Source of the DNA: a virus
Taxonomy: Duplodnaviria > Caudoviricetes
Virus record (IMG/VR): IMGVR_UViG_3300020045_011942
Coordinates: 1 to 41,333 of that record
DNA length: 41,333 bases
Strand: one strand, 5' to 3'
In this document: piece by piece, positions 26,085-34,854 of the stretch
How positions within the stretch are numbered: position 1 is the stretch's first letter
Layout: the number at the start of each line of letters is the position of its first letter
Made by a program: the position numbers and the translations under genes
The notes under the pieces: generated by a model
Databases searched by the model: none
Seen by the model: only the letters and a program-made list of their open reading frames with translations
Told to the model about the DNA's origin: nothing

Positions 26085-26416
26085 ACCTGGTCAGGGGTTA
26101 TTGTGCCGGATGCTTTAGGGATTCCGATCATTTCCAAGTACTGAGGACTGTTTCCTCCATCAAGTAAGCGTACTCGCAGATCCTCAATGGTTTCCGGTTG
26201 CAATAAGCGTACGCATTTCTGTTGATTGTTAATGTCGAACATCGCGAAAATATACACAAAGTTATCACGAATGTTTTTGATATCTCGTACTCGCCCTGTT
26301 TTTTCGTCGTAGTAAAGAACATCATCTTTATACTGTTCCCACACTTCCATTGCTGCGCGCTTCATGTCTTCGAATGATTCGTCGCTCGGTGCCGTGTAGT
26401 AGAGTTTTGCTTCCAT
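26081..26416 (-). CDS. Hypothetical phage protein
   Basis: 111 aa, tightly packed in operon. Confidence 0.65.
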   Translation of the reverse strand: MEAKLYYTAPSDESFEDMKRAAMEVWEQYKDDVLYYDEKTGRVRDIKNIRDNFVYIFAMFDINNQQKCVRLLQPETIEDLRVRLLDGGNSPQYLEMIGIPKASGTITPDQV

Positions 26417-26420
26417 ATTG

Positions 26421-27059
26421 TTAGTATTTTAGTCTTTCATCTGGCACATGAGTAGCAAATGCCAGCTCAATTTCCTTACAGATTCTCGTCGTCTCTTTCA
26501 TCTCCTTGAGAATGTCTGCAAGGGTGAAGGTGACGCGGAACGATTCCACTCTTCCGGTCGGTTGTATTCCGTTTTCGGTTTGCTCTGTCTCAATCCAATC
26601 GAGATACGCTTCCGAGAGTACTTTCTTAAACTCAAGGTAGATCGCCATCGCGTAAAAGATCATCTGCGGGTGCTTCTGTGCCTTCTCTTTTGTCCACGAG
26701 GTTTTCCCCGTTTTATACTCACGGAAGTCATGCGTCTTGCTGTCCCTAGTGTCTGGCTTCGCGAGAACGGTGATGTCTCCGTCTTTCGTGCTCAAGAGCG
26801 TGCGGATCTCCTGGTCAGCAATGTCGTACTTGGGAAGGAGGAGAATCGCACTGTCCGTAAGAAGATCGTTTGTCTGGATTCCGTGCTCGAGCGCGTCGGC
26901 AACGACCTTTCCATACTCCATTCCCCGGTTCGATGTACGCAGCTCGTCCCGATTATCGAAGTAGATCTCCATGTAGCGCTTCTTGTCATTGAGCCACAAT
27001 TGTTTCTGAGAGTACGATATGTATCCTTTCGGAAGCTGGATGATGTGTTTCTTTTTCAT
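26421..27059 (-). CDS. PD-(D/E)XK exonuclease (RecB/Cas4-like)
   Basis: 'ISYSQ', 'AKPDT...FREYKTG', 'QMIFYA' motifs. Confidence 0.8.
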   Translation of the reverse strand: MKKKHIIQLPKGYISYSQKQLWLNDKKRYMEIYFDNRDELRTSNRGMEYGKVVADALEHGIQTNDLLTDSAILLLPKYDIADQEIRTLLSTKDGDITVLAKPDTRDSKTHDFREYKTGKTSWTKEKAQKHPQMIFYAMAIYLEFKKVLSEAYLDWIETEQTENGIQPTGRVESFRVTFTLADILKEMKETTRICKEIELAFATHVPDERLKY

Positions 27060-27253
27060 ACTTCTTTGACACGAAGTGTCCCCGGTGCCGTTGCGACTCC
27101 GGTAAACTCTTCGTACCTATCCCAATCATGCGCGCAGGAGTACACCACGAAAATGTGTGTGTCATCCCACGTTTTAATACGACCAACTTCCGGGGCGCTC
27201 CCTCCTGCTTGGTATTCAACCCACTGCCCTTTCTGTGCGTCGCTGATTTTCAT
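27056..27253 (-). CDS. Small SH3-like hypothetical protein
   Basis: 'GQWVEY...EVGRIKTWDDTHIFVVY'. Confidence 0.6.
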   Translation of the reverse strand: MKISDAQKGQWVEYQAGGSAPEVGRIKTWDDTHIFVVYSCAHDWDRYEEFTGVATAPGTLRVKEV

Positions 27254-27256
27254 ACA

Positions 27257-27877
27257 TCATCGACTAACGCTGGCGATAGTCTTTTCTTCGTAGCGCTCAA
27301 CTCCCGGAATAACAATTCCTTTTCGTAACACTGCCTCTGCGATCTTTGTCATGTCTGGAACGAGATACTCGCGAGGAATGAGGGACTCATCCACCACGCG
27401 AACCTTTACCAGCGTGCGTGTTTGAATCTTGCCAACTGATCCGCTCGCGGATAAAGGAGCTTCACCGAGATTCTCAAGCTTTGCAATCGCTGTTTCGCCT
27501 TTCATCGTCCCTTTTTCAACGCGAGCAGCGATGCGCGCTTGCTCCTTTGCAATGCGCTCCTCTTCTTGAATCTGGAACTCAAGCATCTTTCCCTTGATTA
27601 CTTTCTTGGCTTCCGCGTGCGCTACTTCAAGTGGCTTGAATAAGTCCCGCGCAGAAGCGAGCGCGGTCATGAGTGGTCGTGTGATCTCCTCTTTCCGCTG
27701 TGTGATTGATTTTTCAATCCCCGCGATAACATGGAGGAGATCCGCACCATGATCCATATCAGTCTGCGAGACAATGGTATATGCCTCAGCTTCTCTTTGA
27801 ACACTGGTTATCTTTGTTTTATACAATGCAATCTCCTTCGGTTGAACGATTGCTGCTACTTCCTTTATCTTGGTCAT
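27257..27877 (-). CDS. Gp157/Mu Gam-like coiled-coil protein
   Basis: Long coiled coil then 'VVDESLIPREYLVPDMTKIAEAV...IPGVERYEE'. Confidence 0.65.
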   Translation of the reverse strand: MTKIKEVAAIVQPKEIALYKTKITSVQREAEAYTIVSQTDMDHGADLLHVIAGIEKSITQRKEEITRPLMTALASARDLFKPLEVAHAEAKKVIKGKMLEFQIQEEERIAKEQARIAARVEKGTMKGETAIAKLENLGEAPLSASGSVGKIQTRTLVKVRVVDESLIPREYLVPDMTKIAEAVLRKGIVIPGVERYEEKTIASVSR

Positions 27878-28031
27878 GGTTAGGGAGTGACACAACTTTC
27901 CATCCATCTGATTTCCATACACCGCTTACCGTTTCACGAACATAGATCTCGCCGGATTCTGTAAGGGCATACAACGAATGGGAATCGTCGTAATCACTGG
28001 TTACTGCTATCTGAATAATTTTGCTTGGCAT
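27819..28031 (-). CDS. Hypothetical protein
   Basis: 'KIIQIAV...LYALTESGEIY...W' small phage protein pattern. Confidence 0.55.
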   Translation of the reverse strand: MPSKIIQIAVTSDYDDSHSLYALTESGEIYVRETVSGVWKSDGWKVVSLPNHDQDKGSSSNRSTEGDCIV

Positions 28032-28034
28032 ACC

Positions 28035-28169
28035 TTAGACACCGGCAATGAGAGCAATCCCTGCAACGAGGAGAACAACACCAGTAAGTACTGCTGGTAC
28101 TGCGGCAATCCCAAACAACGGAATAGCTAAAAGAATAAAACCAATTCCACCTGCAATTTTGTATACCAT
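28035..28169 (-). CDS. 44-aa two-TM membrane peptide (not in ORF track)
   Basis: MVYKIAGGIGFILLAIPLFGIAAVPAVLTGVVLLVAGIALIAGV. Confidence 0.7.
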   Translation of the reverse strand: MVYKIAGGIGFILLAIPLFGIAAVPAVLTGVVLLVAGIALIAGV

Positions 28170-28221
28170 AAGTTATTTTCTAACTTTTAATTTTAATGCG
28201 CGGGGTCGGACGCGCATCTAT

Positions 28222-28689
28222 TTAGAACTGTTCTACTGTTTGCTGTTCAAGAAACGCCTCATCCATGAGCGGCGATCCATCATCGTTCTTTGGAGCGTAC
28301 ACCTTCACAATCTTTGCCGGGTTAAAGCCTTTTTGCTTCGCTGCCTTCTCCTCAATGTATTTCAATCCAATGATTTGTCCGACTTTGATGTTTTGCATCT
28401 GTCGGTCAATAACCGCCGTTCCACCAATCGAGAAAATATCTCCGACACGAATCGGACGAGGCTCCGGGATAAGAACTTTCTTATCGTCGAGCGCGTGAAA
28501 GACACTTTCTTCGTCTGCTTTAATTTCGTAAATATGCACAAGCTCGCCAGCTTTATCCGGCATCGTGGACTTCATCGTACGTTTCGCTATCAAGGTTCCA
28601 TGAATCTTGTCCTCAAGCGGTACGTTAAATTTCATCCAATTGCTTTGTACAGCATTTTCTTCTGAATCCCATCCTTTTGATTTTGTCAT
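28222..28689 (-). CDS. Putative single-stranded DNA-binding protein (OB-fold-like)
   Basis: 'WMKF...KIHGTLI...IKVGQIIGLKY...KIVKVY', acidic tail ending in Phe; located in the recombination module. Confidence 0.55.
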   Translation of the reverse strand: MTKSKGWDSEENAVQSNWMKFNVPLEDKIHGTLIAKRTMKSTMPDKAGELVHIYEIKADEESVFHALDDKKVLIPEPRPIRVGDIFSIGGTAVIDRQMQNIKVGQIIGLKYIEEKAAKQKGFNPAKIVKVYAPKNDDGSPLMDEAFLEQQTVEQF

Positions 28690-28779
28690 GATTTTTTATG
28701 TTATTGCTTATTGCACTGAATCGACCGACCCTCCAATCAATGCAAGGACATACCTCCCCGTACGGAAAGAGGCATGTCC

Positions 28780-28995
28780 CTACTTTGAAACATCACTCGC
28801 CTTGATCCACTTCGGCTCCCACTTCCGAGGCATTTGGCGCAAAATACGCAGGATCGTGGAACGATGCACATTAAACATTCGCGAGATCTGCGCATCGCTA
28901 TAGTTCTGAAACGAGAGCGCCCAGACTAATTCGTTGCGCTTGTCGAGGAGAAAACTCTCTACGTTTGTGTTGTCCACATGTTTCTTCTTTGCCAT
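28780..28995 (-). CDS. Helix-turn-helix regulator
   Basis: 'YSDAQISRMFNVHRSTILRIL'; divergent from the replication genes. Confidence 0.8.
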   Translation of the reverse strand: MAKKKHVDNTNVESFLLDKRNELVWALSFQNYSDAQISRMFNVHRSTILRILRQMPRKWEPKWIKASDVSK

Positions 28996-29050
28996 ACACA
29001 AAGTATAAGTGGTACTCTGTGTGGATGCAACAGAAAGATGCTGTGGATAA
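28970..29050. promoter_or_regulatory. Divergent control region with DnaA-box-like sites
   Basis: TTGTCCACA 28970-28978, TGTGGATGC 29020-29028, perfect TGTGGATAA 29042-29050. Confidence 0.45.
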
Positions 29051-29591
29051 ACTCCCTTCATTCGCCCAAGGATGGCTCTCTTACGAAGGGAAAGAGGCAG
29101 TGCAAACGATCCCACAAAAAGCGAAAAAGATAAAAGATCTCATTCATTACTATCAGAATATCATCGACGACAATAAGGAAATTGAAGAAGAAGTTCGCTA
29201 TTCCCTCGTGAATAAGGTGCCAATGATAAATATCGAGCTTGTCGTCAATCTCGTGATGGTCATGGCTCCTGTCCATGAAGAAAAAGATCGTTTGCGCCAA
29301 CTGGAGCGCGCACTACTTTTACGAAAGAAACAAAAAGTACCGGCGGGAAGCATCACCGACGTCGATATTGAGTGTGCAAAAGCAACTCCTATTCGCTCAC
29401 TTATCACGGTACGCAAAGACGGAAAGGCAAAGTGCTTGTGGCATGACGACAAGAACCCTTCGATGCATGTGTACCCGGATCATGTGTACTGCTTCTCCTG
29501 TGCACGACACGGAGACGCAATCGACGTCACAATGGCGCAGCAAAATATCTCTTTTATTGAGGCGGTAAAAGTACTCACAAAGAAAGTATGA
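29025..29591 (+). CDS. CHC2 zinc-finger protein (primase Zn-binding domain, no TOPRIM)
   Basis: 'CLWHDDKNPSMHVY...YCFSCARHGDAID...SFIEAVKVL'. Confidence 0.85.
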   Translation: MQQKDAVDKLPSFAQGWLSYEGKEAVQTIPQKAKKIKDLIHYYQNIIDDNKEIEEEVRYSLVNKVPMINIELVVNLVMVMAPVHEEKDRLRQLERALLLRKKQKVPAGSITDVDIECAKATPIRSLITVRKDGKAKCLWHDDKNPSMHVYPDHVYCFSCARHGDAIDVTMAQQNISFIEAVKVLTKKV

Positions 29592-29887
29592 AAAGATCAG
29601 GCTGGAAACACCTCGCACAACAAGAGAAACACGCCATCGAGATGGCTGGCTACTCTCTATGGGTTGAGTACCCATGGCATTGGGTTGTCTCGAATTACAA
29701 AAGCGACATCCGTGTTCATGTCTGGCCGACAGTCGGAAAGTATATGGCATATTTCGACTCCGGGGCGACTACCTACCGTAATAAGGAGGAGCTTCTTAAA
29801 GGAATCGACCGCGCATTCAATCCACCAACAAGAATTGCAGATGATATTGGAAGTGCAACGAAAGATGCTCGTGACCTCTTTATATGA
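29588..29887 (+). CDS. Hypothetical protein
   Basis: ATGA-coupled on both sides in the replication operon. Confidence 0.65.
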   Translation: MKRSGWKHLAQQEKHAIEMAGYSLWVEYPWHWVVSNYKSDIRVHVWPTVGKYMAYFDSGATTYRNKEELLKGIDRAFNPPTRIADDIGSATKDARDLFI

Positions 29888-31158
29888 AGATTGCCACGAT
29901 CAAGGAAGAGTTCGAAAAGTACCTCGTGATGGCCGATGATCGCATCATTGATCTTGTCCTCGCTACCATCATTGGTAACGCACTGATACCGAGAGATCCT
30001 CTGTGGCTCATGATTATTGCCCCGTCATCAGGGGGAAAGAGTACCTTCCTTGCCCCTGCTGCCGGCGTGCCGGGCGTGCATTTCTTTGACGACCTTACTG
30101 AAAAAACATTTCTTTCCGGGTACAAAGTGAAAGGAAAAGAAACGTCGCTGCTTAAAATCATCGGATCAGGCGTTATGTGCTTTTCCGACTTTACTTCCAT
30201 CATTTCCAAAAACCCTGTCTCTCGGGGGGAGATTCTAGGACAGTTACGCCTTGTCTATGACGGGAACTTTTCTAAAAGAACAGGCACCGGGGAGATTACC
30301 TGGAAAGGAAAGATGGGATTTCTCGGCGCGTCTACTCCCGATATTTATTTTCACCTTGAATCATCGCGGTCGATGGGTGAACGCTTCGTCTACTATTCAT
30401 TGATACAACCAACCGATGAAGAGATCGTGAGAAAGCAGGAGACGGTCATGATGTCGTCGAAGGAGATCGCACAAACACTCCAACCTATGTATCAAGAGTT
30501 TTGCTCTGGTATTCATAAATACGTTGAGGAAAACGGAGTCCCTGAGTTGAAAATGACATCGGCGCAGCAAGCCGCCGTACACCGGGCCGCTATCTTCTGT
30601 GTCTCAGCAAAAGCAACCGTGCATCTCGACTTCAAAACATCCAAGCCCGACGCGCTCGTCAACCGCCCTGGCGTGGGTCGTGACCGCAAGATGTTTAATA
30701 CGCTTCTCCACACCTTGCAGCTCATGAATTGCTACGAGCATGGCATCACGGACCTTCCTGTCGAAGACTGGATGGTTAAGCTTGTGGAAAAGTGTGCGTA
30801 CTCAAGTGTGTCCCGGGAAAGACGGAAGATCCTCGAGATCCTCACTGCGTACGACAAGCCGATGAGTGCGTCACACATCGGGTATACCGACGACTTCGGA
30901 CTCCCAAAAGAAAGCGTGGAAAAGTACCTCCATGTCCTCCATGCGGTCGCCTTGGTCCAAAAGAAAAAAGATGGTAATAACTTTGTGTGGTACATAGAAA
31001 GCGAGGAGACGAAGGAGTTTATCCGTTCCGTCGCGAATCTCTCTCCCGAGAAACGGGAACTCCCGCCGATGGTAGAGGAGGAGACTGTGGAGGATCTCCC
31101 GTCTGACCTCAAAGAAGATAACGACGCACTACTCGCTGATTTTGATAAGAGGCCATGA
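29884..31158 (+). CDS. P-loop AAA+-type ATPase, putative replicative helicase with C-terminal winged helix
   Basis: Walker A 'APSSGGKST', Walker B-like 'MCFSDF', 'MGERF' Arg finger-like, C-terminal HTH-like segment. Confidence 0.75.
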   Translation: MKIATIKEEFEKYLVMADDRIIDLVLATIIGNALIPRDPLWLMIIAPSSGGKSTFLAPAAGVPGVHFFDDLTEKTFLSGYKVKGKETSLLKIIGSGVMCFSDFTSIISKNPVSRGEILGQLRLVYDGNFSKRTGTGEITWKGKMGFLGASTPDIYFHLESSRSMGERFVYYSLIQPTDEEIVRKQETVMMSSKEIAQTLQPMYQEFCSGIHKYVEENGVPELKMTSAQQAAVHRAAIFCVSAKATVHLDFKTSKPDALVNRPGVGRDRKMFNTLLHTLQLMNCYEHGITDLPVEDWMVKLVEKCAYSSVSRERRKILEILTAYDKPMSASHIGYTDDFGLPKESVEKYLHVLHAVALVQKKKDGNNFVWYIESEETKEFIRSVANLSPEKRELPPMVEEETVEDLPSDLKEDNDALLADFDKRP

Positions 31159-32306
31159 AAAAGCTTTATGCACACCAGCAGCGATTCATAGATAAAAACC
31201 CTAATCGCGCGCTTTTAGTCTGGGAAACCGGGACGGGCAAGACAGTAGCAGCATGTGAATGGGTAAAGAAACGAAAAGGTCGCGCGCTCGTCGTCTGTCC
31301 GAAAGGGATCGTTGAAAAGTGGAAACGTGACCTTAAAGAGTGGGGAGTAAAAGCCGACGTCGTATCCCGAGATACCGTCAAAAAAACAAACATCACTCCT
31401 TACAGCATCCTCGTCCTCGACGAAGCGCAAGACTTTGCGTCCCCACTCTTCGAGAAAGGCCGTTCACAGCGTGCGACCGTGATCTATACCGCGATTAAAA
31501 ACAACCCGAAGATGCATGTACTCTTACTCACCGCGACGCCTATTCGTTCAACGCCGTACAATATCCACACTCTTGCGTGCTACCTCGGTATTTATTGGCC
31601 GGTAAAGGAATTTCGAGATAAGTTTTTCCATCTCACCAATAAGTTCGGACGGATGCACTATGAAAAAAACAAAGGATGGCAGAAAGCAATCCGTCCATAC
31701 GTGGAAGAGATATCCGACATAGTACTCGCTCGAGACTGCGCCGACATCCCGCCACAGCGTGAACACGTCGTCACTGTTCCTTGGGACACGAAGCAAGAGG
31801 AGGAATTAAAACAGCGGTATCTCGAGCCGGCCGCTGAATGGCACGAGAGGCACCGCGCAGAGAATGGAAAAAAGAAGTTCGATGCAGTCATGCGAATAGC
31901 AAACGGATACAGAAAAGCAATTATCGTTGTGTACTACCGCTCGCAGATCGAAGAAATGGAAAAAGAAATAGGGGAAGATCGACAAGTGTTTGTCCTCCAC
32001 GGGGGAGTGAAGGACCAAGATGCCGTGATCCAGGCTGCGCGCGACGCCGACGATTGCATCTTCATCCTCCAGGCATCCATGGGAGCCGGCTTCGATGCAT
32101 CAGAGTTCTCCGTGATGATATTCGCATCAATGTCCTTCAAGTTCGTAGATCATATACAAAGCCTCGGACGCATCAAACGCCTCAACAATCTCCACGAAAA
32201 TGATTATTACTACGTCCTTGGCGGGAAGTGTGATATCTCAGTCCATCGCACAATTATGGCCGGCAATGACTTCCACCCACCGCACTATATGCTCGCCCGG
32301 CAGTAA
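31155..32306 (+). CDS. Superfamily 2 (SNF2-like) helicase
   Basis: 'ETGTGKT', 'LVLDEAQ', 'LTATP', 'QSLGRIKR'. Confidence 0.9.
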   Translation: MKKLYAHQQRFIDKNPNRALLVWETGTGKTVAACEWVKKRKGRALVVCPKGIVEKWKRDLKEWGVKADVVSRDTVKKTNITPYSILVLDEAQDFASPLFEKGRSQRATVIYTAIKNNPKMHVLLLTATPIRSTPYNIHTLACYLGIYWPVKEFRDKFFHLTNKFGRMHYEKNKGWQKAIRPYVEEISDIVLARDCADIPPQREHVVTVPWDTKQEEELKQRYLEPAAEWHERHRAENGKKKFDAVMRIANGYRKAIIVVYYRSQIEEMEKEIGEDRQVFVLHGGVKDQDAVIQAARDADDCIFILQASMGAGFDASEFSVMIFASMSFKFVDHIQSLGRIKRLNNLHENDYYYVLGGKCDISVHRTIMAGNDFHPPHYMLARQ

Positions 32307-32848
32307 GACGTCGGCGTCGATGCGCCATTAGGATCGAGAAGATCCAACTTGTACGCGCTTCTTTTTGGCACCCCATCAATACTGCCCGACACTCTTTCGT
32401 GAGAAAACAACGGTCGTTCCGTGAAAACAGGAACAAAAGAGAATCCATTATTTTCATACGATCCGCTTTCCCACTTGAGCACCGCTGCCCCGGCATCTTT
32501 CGTTGTCCAGGACAAAAGGACAAGCTCGCGTCCTTCCACGGGCTCTTTGTACACCGTTGCGGCGAGGGTGCAGGATGGAGAGTAGGTAACGGTAGCGGGG
32601 GTAGCCGCCAACGCAGGAGCCGCGCCTACGGAAGCTGCGGCACGTTCCGCGAGGATGGCCTCAATTTGCTTCAAGAGGAGCTGAATGACGGCCTGTAGGC
32701 TCTTTATCATTTCCACGCGCTGCGCTTCGCTCATGCCAGAATCTATGGATTGAGCGTACGTTGTCCCGGGGGCTGCGGTGAACCCGAGCACCATTAGAGT
32801 TGATATACTTAAAACTATATTTCTTGTTCCCAAGAGGATATTCTTCAT
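32285..32848 (-). CDS. Exported protein (signal peptide, coiled segment, Ig-like tail), antisense moron
   Basis: Signal peptide ending TYA-Q; 'IKSLQAVIQLLLKQIEAIL'; 'PSCTLAA...LLSWTTKDA'. Confidence 0.7.
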   Translation of the reverse strand: MKNILLGTRNIVLSISTLMVLGFTAAPGTTYAQSIDSGMSEAQRVEMIKSLQAVIQLLLKQIEAILAERAAASVGAAPALAATPATVTYSPSCTLAATVYKEPVEGRELVLLSWTTKDAGAAVLKWESGSYENNGFSFVPVFTERPLFSHERVSGSIDGVPKRSAYKLDLLDPNGASTPTSYCRASI

Positions 32849-32878
32849 AAGGGTGGATAATGCTTATTTAATAAGGAT

Positions 32879-33274
32879 ATGTCAACACATTACGAACCAT
32901 TGCCGGACTTGCCGCGACAAGTGAAGAAGCGGGAAGCCGACGTCACTCCGAAGATCCTTGACTGGTTCCTACACAAACATTGGGGGTCGTGCGCGATAGA
33001 GATCAAGGCCACGAACGGGAACAGCATCCCCGCAAGCGCCCTCGAGCCGCACCAGCAACGTGCTCTCCTCGACGCACTTGACCACGGCATCGTCCACAAG
33101 ATCGCCGATAGTGGTCGCCGCCTTCCTTTCGACGCCTTTGTGCTGAAAGGTGTCCCCGCGTACGTTGTCGCGTGCTTCACTTCGCACGGGAAAGCATACG
33201 TGGTGCCTGTGGATAAGTGGAAAGGTGGTCGCTGGCACAAAACTCCGGGAGCTGAGTACATGATCGTGCTTTAA
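32879..33274 (+). CDS. PD-(D/E)XK nuclease, RecU/Holliday junction resolvase-like
   Basis: 'CAIEIKAT...LEPHQQRAL...HKIAD...PFDAF'. Confidence 0.65.
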   Translation: MSTHYEPLPDLPRQVKKREADVTPKILDWFLHKHWGSCAIEIKATNGNSIPASALEPHQQRALLDALDHGIVHKIADSGRRLPFDAFVLKGVPAYVVACFTSHGKAYVVPVDKWKGGRWHKTPGAEYMIVL

Positions 33275-33619
33275 CTACCCCTTAATCACGTCCGGGAGCA
33301 CGCTTTGTCGCTCTTCGATGTCCTTTTTCTGCCGTGGTCCCATCCATTCACCGAAGTAAAAGTGTTTTTTAGGGAGATCGTCGCTGTAATCTGGTTCCGG
33401 CTCACTATCAATCCCTCCATCCTCTTCTTTACGTGGGCGTCCCGGACCGCGTTTATTCTTTTCCTCTTCCCGTCTCTTGTTTTCCTGGACAATGAGGAAG
33501 CCGAAGTACGCTGATACGTCCGTCTGTGAATCTTCTTTCATGAGCTTTTCGAGGATGTCTTGCTGCGGGGCGTTTACCGAGACGGAATATCGCGCTACTT
33601 TATGTCTTTGTTTTGCCAT
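33275..33619 (-). CDS. DNA-binding protein: ribbon-helix-helix-like N-terminus plus AT-hook
   Basis: 'RYSVSVNAPQQDILEKLMKE...VSAYFGFLI' and 'KRGPGRPRK'. Confidence 0.6.
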   Translation of the reverse strand: MAKQRHKVARYSVSVNAPQQDILEKLMKEDSQTDVSAYFGFLIVQENKRREEEKNKRGPGRPRKEEDGGIDSEPEPDYSDDLPKKHFYFGEWMGPRQKKDIEERQSVLPDVIKG

Positions 33620-33635
33620 GCATTTTCTTTAGTTT

Positions 33636-33815
33636 TTAATACTCTCCACCTCCGGGGGAGATTCCAAGAATCCACAACACCAAGAGGAACGCGAGAGCGT
33701 AGGCTACCCATGTCATGTTTTCTTGGCGTCTGCGTGATCGTTCCTCCTGTTCCTGGATATTCTGTCGATCCCCATGGTACATGGACGGGAATACTGGCTT
33801 TTTGTTGTTATTCAT
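33636..33815 (-). CDS. 59-aa membrane protein (not in ORF track)
   Basis: MNNNKKPVFPSMYHGDRQNIQEQEERSRRRQENMTWVAYALAFLLVLWILGISPGGGEY. Confidence 0.6.
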   Translation of the reverse strand: MNNNKKPVFPSMYHGDRQNIQEQEERSRRRQENMTWVAYALAFLLVLWILGISPGGGEY

Positions 33816-34035
33816 GGTTTTGCGAGGGAGTTGAGCACCCCATCATCGGGAATAAGCAGCCGGATATTTCATACGATCCATCTTCGTATAGAACCCCGGA
33901 ATCAATGAACGCTAAACCAAGAATGCGGACATAGAATGCCAAGAATACAAGGAACATGATGGAGAAGAATCCTACGCACACCATGAATCGTCTCCAAGGA
34001 GTATAATCGCTTATTTGTGGGACTTCGTAGTACAT
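33808..34035 (-). CDS. Membrane protein
   Basis: Start MYYEVPQ; long hydrophobic segment, C-terminal CxxxxxxC. Confidence 0.6.
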   Translation of the reverse strand: MYYEVPQISDYTPWRRFMVCVGFFSIMFLVFLAFYVRILGLAFIDSGVLYEDGSYEISGCLFPMMGCSTPSQNHE

Positions 34036-34039
34036 AGTT

Positions 34040-34255
34040 TTACATTTCGTTCTTGTAATACTTAGTAACTGCTGCTGCCAAGTCGCGGCCACTCGAAAAA
34101 GCCTCAAGGTTAAGGGCATATCTCAAGCCGTCATTGAACCGGGAACGCACAATTTTGAACCCTTTTGGGGTAATCCCGCCGTGGACATTTACCGGCAAGC
34201 GCATAACCGCCTCTTTTTCATTTTCAGTTTTCACTAGGAATGTTTGGTATTTCAT
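34040..34255 (-). CDS. Hypothetical protein
   Basis: Start MKYQTFL, 4 nt after the upstream stop. Confidence 0.6.
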   Translation of the reverse strand: MKYQTFLVKTENEKEAVMRLPVNVHGGITPKGFKIVRSRFNDGLRYALNLEAFSSGRDLAAAVTKYYKNEM

Positions 34256-34259
34256 ATGG

Positions 34260-34484
34260 TTATCTATTTTGGTAACGATCAGTGCAGTACTCTGCGAACG
34301 TATCCCACTTTTCTTTTGGGGTGAGTCCTTGTGCGCCTTCACGGTCGGCCACGATGTCCACACAGTCGCCTACATAGAGGAGTGATGCGTCTTTAATACT
34401 TGTAAATACCACTGAGAGTAAAACAACCAACACAAAGCAAAAGATCAGGAATAAGATAGTGGTCGCATTTAACGAGTCTTGCAT
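34260..34484 (-). CDS. Membrane-anchored small protein
   Basis: N-terminal TM, two Cys in the C-terminal part; first gene after the leftward promoter. Confidence 0.65.
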   Translation of the reverse strand: MQDSLNATTILFLIFCFVLVVLLSVVFTSIKDASLLYVGDCVDIVADREGAQGLTPKEKWDTFAEYCTDRYQNR

Positions 34485-34579
34485 ACGTTAATCAGTAATT
34501 GTGAAACGTGATAATGACTTAAACCTCTTGACGTAAAGTATGATTTTGTGGCTTTATGCGATTGCTTGTTAATAGCGAT

Positions 34580-34609
34580 ATAGTACTATATGGTGCATTA
34601 TATTGTCAA
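34580..34609 (-). promoter_or_regulatory. Sigma70-type leftward promoter
   Basis: TTGACA (34609-34604), 18-nt spacer, TACTAT (34585-34580) on the minus strand; overlapped by GTGCATWATAT repeats. Confidence 0.6.
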
Positions 34610-34692
34610 TAGCGTGCATAATATAACACTGTATTATGACAGAAAGTGGGGGGTTTTGTCAAAAGAGCGTGGCTCAACAGAGCCATATTTTG

Positions 34693-34831
34693 AAAACACA
34701 TACCCCCGTTCTGGGGGGGGTATATCTACTATTGATTATTGATTAAATTTCTTCTTCTTATTTAAAGAAGTAAGATACCTTATAGGACTGGGGTATGTGT
34801 TTTGAGTCCGAAAAATTCAAAACACATCCCC
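34693..34831. repeat. Three copies of AAAACACAT(A)CCCC in alternating orientation around an AT-rich core
   Basis: 34693-34706 (+), 34790-34803 (-), 34819-34831 (+, 1-nt deletion). Confidence 0.8.
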
Positions 34832-34854
34832 TATTTTTATGATATTCTCTTGGA

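Noticed and set aside
26421-27059. Cas4-like nuclease as evidence of a CRISPR system
   Set aside because: No repeat-spacer array, no other cas genes and no Fe-S cysteine cluster; the context is a recombination module.
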